DNA of 64,000 nt from Octopus sinensis (taxonomy: Eukaryota). Under the pieces are notes generated by a model that was not told the origin of the DNA, ran no database searches, and saw nothing but the letters and a program-made list of their open reading frames with translations. A program made the position numbers and the translations under genes. Shown here piece after piece: positions 37,241-49,513 of the stretch; position 1 is the first letter of the stretch; the number at the start of each line of letters is the position of its first letter. The stretch is from assembly GCF_006345805.1 (NCBI RefSeq), contig NC_043005.1, positions 14,880,001 to 14,944,000 on the forward strand, in the 5' to 3' direction.

Positions 37241-38764
37241 CATACACACATAAATAATATATGAATATGTGTGTGTGTGTGTGTGTAAATGAGTCACCAT
37301 TATACAATTAGTATTCTATGCTTCCAGTAGTCTGTAAAAAAACATTTGGGCATGGAAAAATATTACCTTACTTGGAAATGAGTTAGGCTTGGCAAGAGGA
37401 AGGGCATCTGGCTGTAGAAAGCCTGCTTCAGCAATCTTTGCCTAACCCAAGCCATGTGTGCACGGGAAAATGGACATTAAAATGATGTTTATGTATGTAA
37501 ATTTATTTATATAAAAATACACACACACACATATATATAGTTGAAATTTACAGAAAAACAAAAGACGAAGACAGGTGTATGAACAACAAGCAGGTGTATT
37601 AGTTTGATGCTTGGGAAAGTGAGAAAGTCTTTTGAGTGAGTGTATATGTGTTGGTGTATGTTTATTTAGAAAGATACATAGAAAATACAAATACAGACAC
37701 ATTCATATACACACACTTAAAATGGAAGGAGGGTGGGCTGTGACAATTTATATATGAGAGCTGGCAGAAATGTTAGCATGCTGGGCAAAATGCTTAGCAG
37801 TATTTCGTCTGTCTTTACATTCCGAGTTCAAATTCCACCAAGGTCGACTTTGTCTTTCATCTTTTTGAAGTTAATAAATTAAGTACAGTTGTGTACCGGG
37901 GTTGATCTAATCGACTGGCTCCCTACCCCAAAATTTCAGGCTTTGTGCCTAGAGTAGAAAATATATATGAGAAAGGATGAGCAAGAGGCAGCTAGTTACA
38001 TATATATTTGTTCATTTCTCTTCTCTTTTGATAACTTTATGTAATCATAATTCATATTTCTGTTTACAATTTGTAATAAGTTACTATATTTTAATAAGAA
38101 AGAAATATATATTTCTTTACTACCCACAAGGGGCTAAACACAGACGGGACAAACAAGGACAGACAAATGGATTAAGTATATTATATCGTCACCAGTGTGT
38201 AACTGGTACTTATTTAATCGACCCTGAAAGGATGAAAGGCAAAGTTGACCTCGGCAGGATTTGAACTCAGAACGTAGCGGCAGACGAAATACTGCTTAGC
38301 ATTTCGCCCGGCGTGCTAACACTTCTACCAGCTCACCTAAGAAAGAAATATAGGTGCTGCTTGGTTCCCAGGTCTTGTCAATTTTGAAAGTATTCACTTT
38401 GCCGAAGATAGACATTTTCCAGATTAAAAGTGAACATTTCAGTAACTTAAAGCTTGATTTAAATGGACATTTATCTTCGATTTTAATCATCACTTCAGCA
38501 ATGCAAATGGACATTTGTTTTATATCAAATTTTGTGTACAACAGCAATGTTACAAGATTCTAATCAGTCATTCACTGGTTCAATATATTTAAGGGTATTT
38601 TTTATTCAAAAGATGTTTTAAGTTACCCTGCAAATTACAGTTCCTGTGAATATCCTATGAATAGGCGTAGGAGTGGCTGTGTGGTAAGAAGCTTGCTTAC
38701 CAACCACATGGTTCCAGGTTCAGTCCCACTGCATGGCACCTTGGGCATCTTCTACTATAGCCTC

Positions 38765-38798
<34 letters not shown>

Positions 38799-39045
38799 TA
38801 TATAGCCCGTCATATATATATGTGTGTGTGTGTGTGTGTATGTTTGTGTGTCTGTGTTTTTCCCCCCAACATCGCTTAACAACTGATGCTGGTGTGTTTA
38901 CATCCCCGTGACTTAGCAGTTTGGCAAAAGAGACCGATGGAATAGGTACTGGGCTTACAAAGAATAAGTCCTGGGGTTGATTTGCTCGACTAAAAGGTGG
39001 TGCTCCAGCATGGCTACAGTCAAATGACTGAAACAAGTAAAAGAG

Positions 39046-39103
<58 letters not shown>

Positions 39104-39751
39104 TTCTCAGGTTCAGTTTCATGGTGCAGCACTTTGGCTAAGTGGCTCTACTGTAGCATCAGCCTGACCTGTTTGTTGGCAATTTCTTATCAATAAATTG
39201 TCGGCTGGCTTGTCACTTATGAAGATTAGTAGAATAAGAAATCTCATATTTGAAAAACAGTTAAAGGTTAGTGACAGGAAGGACATCTGGTAGTAAAACA
39301 ATTTCTCTACAAAATGGACATAAAGCAAACAACCAGCTAAATATATATCTGAATGTGGCTGATGCCAGTGCTGCCTTAACTGGCTTCTGTGCCGGTGGCA
39401 CGTAAAAGCACCATCCAAACGTTTATGATGCCAGCCCCCTCTGGCTCCCGTGCCGGTGGCATGTAAAAAGTACCATCCAAGCGTGATCAATGCCAGCCCC
39501 CTCTGGCCCCAGTGCTGGTGGCATGTAAAAAGCACCCACTACACTCTTGGAATGGTTGACATTAGGAAAGACATCCAGCTGTAGAAACACTTCCAAATCA
39601 GGCTGGAGCCTGGTGCAGCCTCCTGGCTTCCCAGACCCCAGTCGAACCATCCAACCCATGCCAGCATGGAAAGCGGACGTTAAACGATGATGATGATGAT
39701 ATCATCATCATTTAATGTCCATTGTCGATGCTGGCACACACACTCACACAA

Positions 39752-39783
<32 letters not shown>

Positions 39784-39874
39784 GGGAAGTGCCACTGCAT
39801 GAAACTCTCTGCCTTTGAGCCACTCTGTAAGTTCTGCCAGTAATTAATATATATATATACATACATACATACAT

Positions 39875-39921
<47 letters not shown>

Positions 39922-42900
39922 ATAAGTATGCACACCCATTTGCATATTATTGCATCAAACTGACTGAATGTTTGGAACAACTGTAAAATAATAGCTAGGA
40001 ATTTAGTTTTGCTTTGCTAAATATATTCTTTTCATGTTTTATATATAACATATATTGTAACTGATGTAAATAATAATGCCATATATATATATGTGTGTGT
40101 TTGACCAGCTTGTATTTTATTAAATACTTGAGCTAGAACCAACTTTTGAACCAACTTTTGTTCTGCAGAATTATTTTTATCTTGATTAGGAAGTTGGGTT
40201 TTAAGAATCTGGGAACTTCTGAGCATTAATCTGTTTCTCTATTGTATGCTATAATAGTGTTTTCTCACCCATTGAATGTCTGTGTGTGTGTGTGTGTGTG
40301 TGTGTCTCCATGCAGGATACTCTGTAAAGATGCAGGTGAGCAAGCAGAACTGTGGGATTGAGAAGGTCTTGTTAAGGTTGTGACAAACTCACCTGTGCTG
40401 GTGCCATGATAAAATGTACCTGGTGTAGTCTGTCAGGTAGTTGATGTGAGGACAGTCATTCCTACAATAGAATCCAACCCGAAACTGAAATATTTAGGAG
40501 AGTAGTATATCTGAGAACTCACTCAGACTGTGACAGTTCATCCAACCATCGAAAGTGGATGGAAAATGGTGATGATGATGATACGTACATACTCATATAT
40601 GAAGGTCTTCTGCTCAGTTTCTGTCTGTCAAATTTACTCACAAGGCATTTGTCAACCCAAGGTTGTGGTAGCAGAGACTAATCCTATAATCCTAGGTGCT
40701 GTTCAGTCATATTGAACCAAGAACCATATGGTTGTGAAGCAGGAAGATCTGTATGATGTCAGTATAGAAAAGTACATGTTAAATGACAATGATGACCTTT
40801 TAAGAAGGTTTTTTTCTTTATTTGATTGCTCTTAAATAATTATAATTGTTCTGTTTTTTCTTTTTCTCCTTTCATTTAGAGCTGGTTGGTTCTACTACTG
40901 ATTCCTCTGGGACCACTGAACATACATACCGTTCTGCTTCTCCAAGACTAATAAACCGAATTGAGACACAAAAGCCAACATCAAAAGGTTTACATTCACC
41001 TTAGTACCACTGTATAATATTGATTTCTAACATTGGCATAAGGTCACAAATTATGGGGTTGGATACAGTTGCTTAAATTGACCCCAGTACTTGATTGATG
41101 CTTGATACAGGGCCCGGAAAGCTGAAAAGTAATGGTGTTCATTGTAGGATTTGAACTCAGAACATAAAGGGCTATAACTATATACCATAAAGCCTTTCAT
41201 TACTGCATTAATGATTGCCCCAATCCCATGTATATAATAATGTCTTGATTATTTTACTTTTGATTTAATTAATGAATTATGTAGATTAAAAACAAATATG
41301 ATGGCTCTATGAATCATAGGACTAAGTGAAGCCAAATAAGGATTCTTTCCCCCTTGGAATTTCATCTTTCTAGTAAAAGCTCTTTGCCGATGATTCCCTC
41401 CTTTCAACACCAAATGAAAGAGCATGCTAAATGTCAACTGAATTAGCCTTACCAAGCTCTCCTCAGTTTAGTGTGGACTAAAGGTTTATGGGCTCTTTCT
41501 ATCCTTGGACTCATTACAAAATATGAAATATATTTAAAAAGAGATAATTTACTGTTTAAATAGATTGTTACAAGAAAAGCACTGATAGTATGGCAGAATC
41601 AAAAGTTCATATGTTGTGAAGGGAGGTGAGTTCTGATATTTCAGGGTGGGTTCTCTCTTTTAAAGAAATGAAAAGCGTGCTAGAAGAATGAATGAAGTTC
41701 AGGACTTTCCAACTCACCTTTTTTCTTCAAATAAGTGTTCTACCTGAAATATCAGAGCTCACCCTCCTCACAGAACACCAACATCACTAATTTCCATGCA
41801 TTTTGACTTTTCTTTCTTCACTGGACTAAAAACGCTTAGTTTCAATTTTCTACATTCTGAGTTCAGTTTTTGCCAGGTTTGATTTTTGCCTTTCAGGAGC
41901 TAGTTAGATAACTATTGGTAATGTAGTAGTTTGGTTCAGTCAGCCATATCTAATCGTCTACAAGTTTGTGAACGTGTTGTGATAAATCATAAGTTAGGCT
42001 GCTTTTGTTGATATTGCATTAGGAAGGGCATCCAGCCATAGAAACCATGCCAATGCAGACAATAGAACCAGTGCAGCTCTCAAGCTTGCCAGATCCAGTC
42101 AAACCATCCAATCTATGCCAGCATGGAAAATAGATATTAAATAATGATAATGATGATGATGAATTAGAGTGGACATATATTTTGTTCTTGTTCATTTGAT
42201 TATTATTTCGGTTTCTTTTTCCTAACTTGTGATTATTTTATTGTTAACAACAAATGAAAGAAAGAATAATCTGATTTTTCACAGAATTTGAAATTTGATA
42301 TATAAGGCTGATTTTCTCTATGAATCATCTGCGGGCTGTTGCTTATGTTCAGCTTCCATGATGTTAAGGATATGAGAAGCAAACCCCCATAGTTGGGGCA
42401 TAAATCTATTAGTGCAGGTGTCTTTGCTCTTGGGTGAAATTGAATCCAACAATGAAAAACACTGCAATACTCTTCACTTTACAGTACTGCCATTGCTTAC
42501 AGCAGTGACTTGTTTGTCTTTAGATCCAGACAGACATTTAGAAATGATGTTAATCAGGTAGAATTAATTCAAAGATTGTATGGAAATAAATATTTAAGTC
42601 AATCGTTGTGTGGTTAAATGTTCTATTCTAAATCCATTTATCTATTCCAATATGACAAAATGTATGCAATTTTCATGATGTTCCTAATTTGACTTTTCTT
42701 TAATTAAATCTATTGATCTTGTCTTTTTATTGTTTCACAGCTGAACCACTTCGTTATGTAGGCCACCCAATTAAAACTAGTGTGCCGTTCAATAGGATGT
42801 TGTCTACCTCAACACCTGATCCTGAAAAATGCTTAACAACCGCCAACTGGACCGACTGTGATGCAATTAATGATGGACTTGCTTCTAATACTCAAAGCAA

Positions 42901-45900
42901 GCCATTGCTACCCGTGAGACAGAAATCAAAGAAACTGACGCAAACTAATAAAGCACGTGTGACGTCTGTAACTGCCAAGCAATGCAAAACTGACCAGATC
43001 CTTAGAAAACAAAAATCTCCTACAAACATCACAAATAATGCAATTCAACAGAAGAAAAGAACTCATTCTGAAGTAGTAGAAAATCCCCAAACATCTTTGG
43101 GAATTAGAGTTTCTTCTTCCAGTCCATCTTATGGAAATGCTTACAGTTTCTCTGTTCACCAAGTTAATAAAATGTCACCCAAGCTGGATACTGCAAACAA
43201 CCAATCCGCATTTGACCCTGTTGTACCATCATCTAAACATGAGTGGAAGGTCACTGCAAACACTTCTTCAAATGCCACAAAGGTTTCAAATTCTGTAAAT
43301 CAATGCATTACATCTTCAAATGCTCAGAAACCCGTTTTAGAAACTATTCCTTTAGTTGTCCCATTAATTTCAACAGAATCAGATGCACCAAATTTGGATT
43401 CAAGGCAAGTTCCTTCATGTCCTAAAGAACAACCAACTTATTACCCACCTAATTTGCTCAACTATAAACTTCCAGATTATCCTGCCAAATCTACAAATAC
43501 TGCTGAAACACAACACCAAGTTCCAATTCAAGATCCCTTTCAGCTGATTTCAGAACGTCCCATATTTTTAGATAAAACTGTTCAAACAAGCCAGTCAAAA
43601 GAAGAATTTTTTACAGACACAATAAAAACCAAACGACAATCATCAGCTCCTGTTTCAACATCAAATCATCAAATCACATCACCAGTTTCTAGCCATTTTT
43701 TCACTCCTATAAACTCATCTCAGGGAAGTATGACAAATGTACGAGTATCTTTTGAAGAGCCTGTTCGTGACAACAATGTACCTGGCTATTCTGCACAACT
43801 TAATCAACCCAAAACTGTTCCTTCTTGTTCTAATAACTTAATTTCCGGTAATTCAAATCCTGCTGAAAAGTCTTTGAAAGGATTTCAGGCAAATAATAGG
43901 AATGGTTTTAATGATAATGCAAGTCCACCAGAATATACTTTAGGTACAGCCACAAAAACCCATCAGCCTATGCCAGGAATAAACTGTAAAGAAAATCCTT
44001 ATACTTATGGGTGTTCAAGTAATGGCTATGACATTCATCTCCAGTGGCAAAGTGTAGAAGCCTTAGCTGGAGCCAAAACTCTTAAGTTTATAATCAATGA
44101 ATTAAAAGAAACCTGTAAATCTACAAGTAAGTATGTATTTGTTTTTACTTCTGTGAAATTTTACTCCTAAAATCGTTGTTTAGCCCAGGTCAGCTCTGAT
44201 TGGGCATATTATATGATCAAAGGCATTTCATTAGTAATTACTCCCATTCATTGCATATCTAGGATTACATTGTCCAGTGTATCCTTAGTGGCATTTGAGC
44301 TTAGAGCATATCATCATCATTGTTTAACGTCCATTTTCCATGCTAGCATGGGTTGGACGGTTCAACCGGGATCTGGGAAGCCAAGAGGCTGCACCAGGCT
44401 CCAGTCTGATCTGGCAGTGTTTCTACAGCTGGATGCCCTTCCTAACGACAACCACTCCATGAGTGTAGTGGGTGCTTTTTACGTGCCACCGGCACAGAAG
44501 TCAGCCAAGGCAGTGCTGGCATCGGCCACATTCGGATGGTACTTTTTACATGCCACCGGCACGGGCATCACAACTACAATTTCCATTTGATTTTTATTTT
44601 GATGTTGATGTACTTGACTCAATAAGTCCCCTCAAGAACAGCTGGTTGCCCTACGATTTTCCATAATGATATGTAATTAAAATATGTAAATCATAGTACA
44701 GCGCTCTATTGCTCACTATGAAATAATTGTTTATATTTATTTATCATAAAGCACTAAGTTACTTAACAAGCCAACAAAGGAACCACTATGTAGTTATCCA
44801 GCCTGCTTTAAATAATAGGCAAATCACACTAACCATCTTAAAGAATGGACAATGTTGTGTTAGGTACATTGAATATAAAACATGATGGCTATGGCTGGAA
44901 TGCTTTTTGATTCTGGGTGTTTTGGATCAGGACTGATCTGGGCTAAATCTCACTGTCTTAAGCCAATGAGTGATGAGAGTGTCATAAAAAAAAAAGCCCC
45001 ACAAGTTATTTCAGTTTAATGATATTTAAACTTTTTTTCCTTATGAGCATTGATAAACTAAGAACCAGTAATACATTGGGGTCTATTCAATTGACTTTAC
45101 CACTCTTTTTTTACAAGTTGACTTTGAGCTTAAGGAAAACTGCATGTGGACACACACACACACATACACGGGTGAGCTGAAAAGTTCATTGGCTAAGAAG
45201 GAGTAATGTTAGAGCTGTGAAATCTTGCATGCATTAATTTCAATTCTTATTCATTAACAGTTGCATTGTTTCTTTCCAGGTAAACTGACATCAGACTGTT
45301 CAAAGAAGACTCCAAATGTAACTAGTAGCAACTTCTCTTGAAAATGGACGAAATTTTATCTCTATATATTTGATATTTGGTATTTTAATGGTTCCTTATT
45401 GGACTGTGGCTACGATGGGTTTTAAGTCAATTGTATCAATACTTGTTTGGTACTTATATTATTGATTTTGGAAGTAGGAAAACCAAAGGTGAACTGGATG
45501 GGATTTGAACTCTATTTTAATGTTTAATTATAATTCTGTTTTTTTTTTTTATTAAAATGTTTAGATCACCGTGAAATTATTCGAATGGTGAATCAGTTAG
45601 AAGACCTTGTAAATACATTGCCTCAGCTTCAAGACACCTTTGACCTTCAGACTGAATTTTGTTTAGCTTTACAGCCATTACGAACAGAAAATAACCGATT
45701 GCACAAGTAAGTTTGATTTACAATTTCTACTTGAGGAGACCTATTGAGTCAAGTTCATCAAAATAAAAATCAAATGGAAATTGTAGTTGTGATACCCGTG
45801 CCGGTGGCACGTAAAAAGCACCATCCGAACGTGGCCGATGCCAGTGCCACCTTAGCTGGCTTCTGTGCCGGTGGCATGTAAAAAGCACCAACCGATCGTG

Positions 45901-48818
45901 GCCATTGACAGCCTCATCTGGCCCCTGTGCTGGTGGCACATAAAAAGCACCCACTACACTCATGGAGTGGTTGGCGTTAGGAAGGACATCCAACTGTAGA
46001 AACACTGCCAGATCAGACTGGAGCCGGGGGCAGCCTCGTGGCTTCCCAGACCCCCGTCGAACCGTCCAACTCATTCTAGCATGGAAAACGGACGTTAAAC
46101 GATGATGATATACAAAAGCTCTCTCTCTCTTTTACTTGTTTCAGCCATTTGACTGCGGCCATGCTGGAGCACTGCCTTTAGTCGAGCAAATTGACCCCGG
46201 GACTTATTCTTTGTAAGCCCAGTACTTATTCTATCGGTCTCTTTTGCTGAACTGCTAAGTGACGGGGACATAAACACACCAGCATCGGTTGTCAAGCAAT
46301 GCTAGGGGGACAAACATGCACACAAACATACACGCACACATATATATATATATACATATATACATATATACGACGGGCTTCTTTCAGTTTCCGTCTACCA
46401 AATCCACTCACAAGGCTTTGGTTGGCCTGAGGCTATAGTAGAAGACACTTGCCCAGGGTGCCACGCAGTGGGACTGAACCCGGAATCATGTGGTTGGCAA
46501 GCAAGCTACTTACCACACAGCTACTCCTGTTGTGAAATCACCAAAAAGTTTCATTTTTGTGTAATAAATGGGCAAATCAAAAACTCTATGTATTCTTGTT
46601 TGTGTATTTTATTAAAACAAAAGCAGAGGTTGAACACTATCATCATTTTTTGACATAGTCTCCTTGTTTTTGATGCACTTCCAGTTGTCCACAAACTTGC
46701 TTTTCCTGTCAGTGAAAGTTTCCAGCTGGTCGTGCAGCCATTTATGCACTGCCTCCTGCACTTCTTCTGAAGAAATTTGATGACCTTGTAAAGGACGTTT
46801 AAGCCATCAGAAGAGATGATAGACAGATGGGGCGAGGTCTGGATTGTATGCAGGGTGTTCCAGTGACTCAAAAAAACATTTTTCAGTGGTTTCAATGGTG
46901 TGGCTAGCTATATGTAGGCATGTATTTCCATACAACAATAACACTTACTTTGAGAATAGACTTCAGTATTTGGTACAGGTAGCTGGTTTCAGTTTGTTGG
47001 CCAGAATTTCCCTGTGGCCTACATTTTTCAGGTAATGTTGCAGTATAGGCCTTTTTGTGTCCCCCAAATCTGTTAGCATCATTTTTTTTTTTTTGTCAAG
47101 GTTGAGTCTTGAATTACTTTTATGCTGGTGATTCTGGGTTGAGCTTGTTGAATCTATATGTCAGTGGTGGAAGTGGATGGATGTCCTGCTCCCTCTTCAT
47201 GCTTCACACGTGTCCAACCATTTTAAAACTTTTTGATCCACTCACACACACTTCTTGAAGGTGGTCGTTAAACAATGATAATGATATATAATGTGTTTGT
47301 GTTTGCTTATGCCTGTGATTACTTATACAAAAGACCAGCAAATGATGGTGTTGTCAGTCCTGTCAACTGGTCTCCTCATGGCTTTGAAGCCATGATGAGT
47401 AAGTTGTCCCTTACTTGAAAAACAGATGAGGGTTGGTGAAAGAAAGGGCATCCAACTGTAAAACTATGTATCAAAATAACATTTGTCCAGTCCATGATAG
47501 TCATATTGGAAACGTTTGATCATTGGTCTACTGACTCAGAATTGAGCTAAGATTAACTTTTTTGTTACCATATTTATTTTCAGAATCTCTGTGTTTCTTT
47601 TAATTACTTTAAATATAACAAAGAATTTAGTCAAATAACCTAGTTATTCAGCTAGTGTTAGGTACCTAAATTGTGACTAAGGTTTGGTGGAAGATTTTAA
47701 TTTAAAACTTATGAAAACAAAACATTTGTACTACAGAACCAGAGGCGGTTTCAGCCGGGTTGGTAATGAAAGGGTTAAACATCCATCACAAAGTAACTGT
47801 CCTTACTGAGTGAATTGTACATCACCATGGCATCTATTTAGAACTATAACAACTGAGCCATCAGTTTTCTAAGAGTCTTTGATAAATTTCTCAGTACTGC
47901 TCCTTTGATAAAATGCAAACTGTCCACTTGTTAATTAGTGGACTAATGCCTTATCTACTTGGTCAGCTACAATGTTTAGAGATAAATAACTTGGTAATAT
48001 TCAAATGTATTTGTCTTGCTTTGAAATTGGGTCCCATGTGGGTGTTTACAGGGGACTTGGATGAGGATTGAGTTACTGGTTTCATTGTTACTTAACAAGT
48101 CATTAAGATTCATTTACTTCTCTGACTCAAAATAGCAACCATAAATAGCAGATGACGGCTTATTAAAATGTAAATACGTGCTTACTCTTTTACTTGTTTC
48201 AGTCATTTGACTGTGGCCATGCTGAAGCACCGCCTTTTAGTCGAGCAAATCGACCTCAGGACTTATTCTTTGTAAGCCTAGTACTTATTCTATTGGTCTC
48301 TTAAGCCGAACCGCTAAGTTATGGGGGACGTAAACACACCAGCATCGGTTGTCAAGCGATGTTGGGGGGACAAACGCTGATGCACAAACATATACACACA
48401 GTACCATGGCCAATTTGTTAATCTCACAGACCAAAAGTGAATCTGATGTTAGTAAAGTGACCTTATTAGGTAATGTGAGGGAAGCTATATCAACCGTTGG
48501 TACACATTTCTTAAGTAATGACATGCAGGATGCTCATGAATGCTTGAACCAAGTCCTTGACTGTCTGAAAGAAGAAGGGGTCAAGTTGGCCACAAGTACT
48601 CCTACATCTAATAATTCCAGTTCCGATGATGATGACGACCCTAACTGCAGAGATACTTTCATTAACCCCACAGTTCAGAACTTCGAATTTGATATCAATC
48701 GCTCTATTACCTGTAAACGGTAAAAAGATACATCCTTAATTTTGACAAATGTATTTGAAACCATGTTTCCTGTCTCTTCTCTCTCTCTCTCTTTCTGTCT
48801 CTGTCTCTTCTCTCTCTT

Positions 48819-48853
<35 letters not shown>

Positions 48854-49442
48854 ATATATATATGTAACAAGGATAACCAGAGGTAATGCAGTACGATTGT
48901 TTTATGCAACTCTATGGAGTTGCATGAAACGATCGTACTGCATTACCTCTGGATAATATCCTTGTTGCTTATTTTGATTTTAATCACCTTACTTTGAAAT
49001 TGTATGGATAATACCATACTAAATTCTGGTGCCTTAAATTAAGTACCATATTCATCTGAATCTCTCTCTCTCCCTATATATATATCTGAACGTGGCCGTT
49101 GCCAGTGCCACCCTGATTGGCTTCCGTACCGGTGGCACGTAAAAAGCACCATCCGATCGTGGCCGTTTGCCAGCCTCGCCTGGCCTCCATGCCAGTGGCA
49201 CGTAAAAAGTACCATCCGACCGTGGCCATTTACCAGGCTTGTCTGGCACCTGTGCAGGTGGCACGTAAAAAGCACCCACTACACTCATGGAGTGGTTGGC
49301 GTTAGGAAGGGCATCCAGCCGTAGAGACATTGCCAGATCAGACTGGGCCTGGTGCAGCCTTCTGGCTTCCCAGACCCCAGTTGAACCGTCCAACCCATGC
49401 TAGCATGGAAAGCGGACGCTAAACGATGATGATGATGATGAT

Positions 49443-49513
<71 letters not shown>

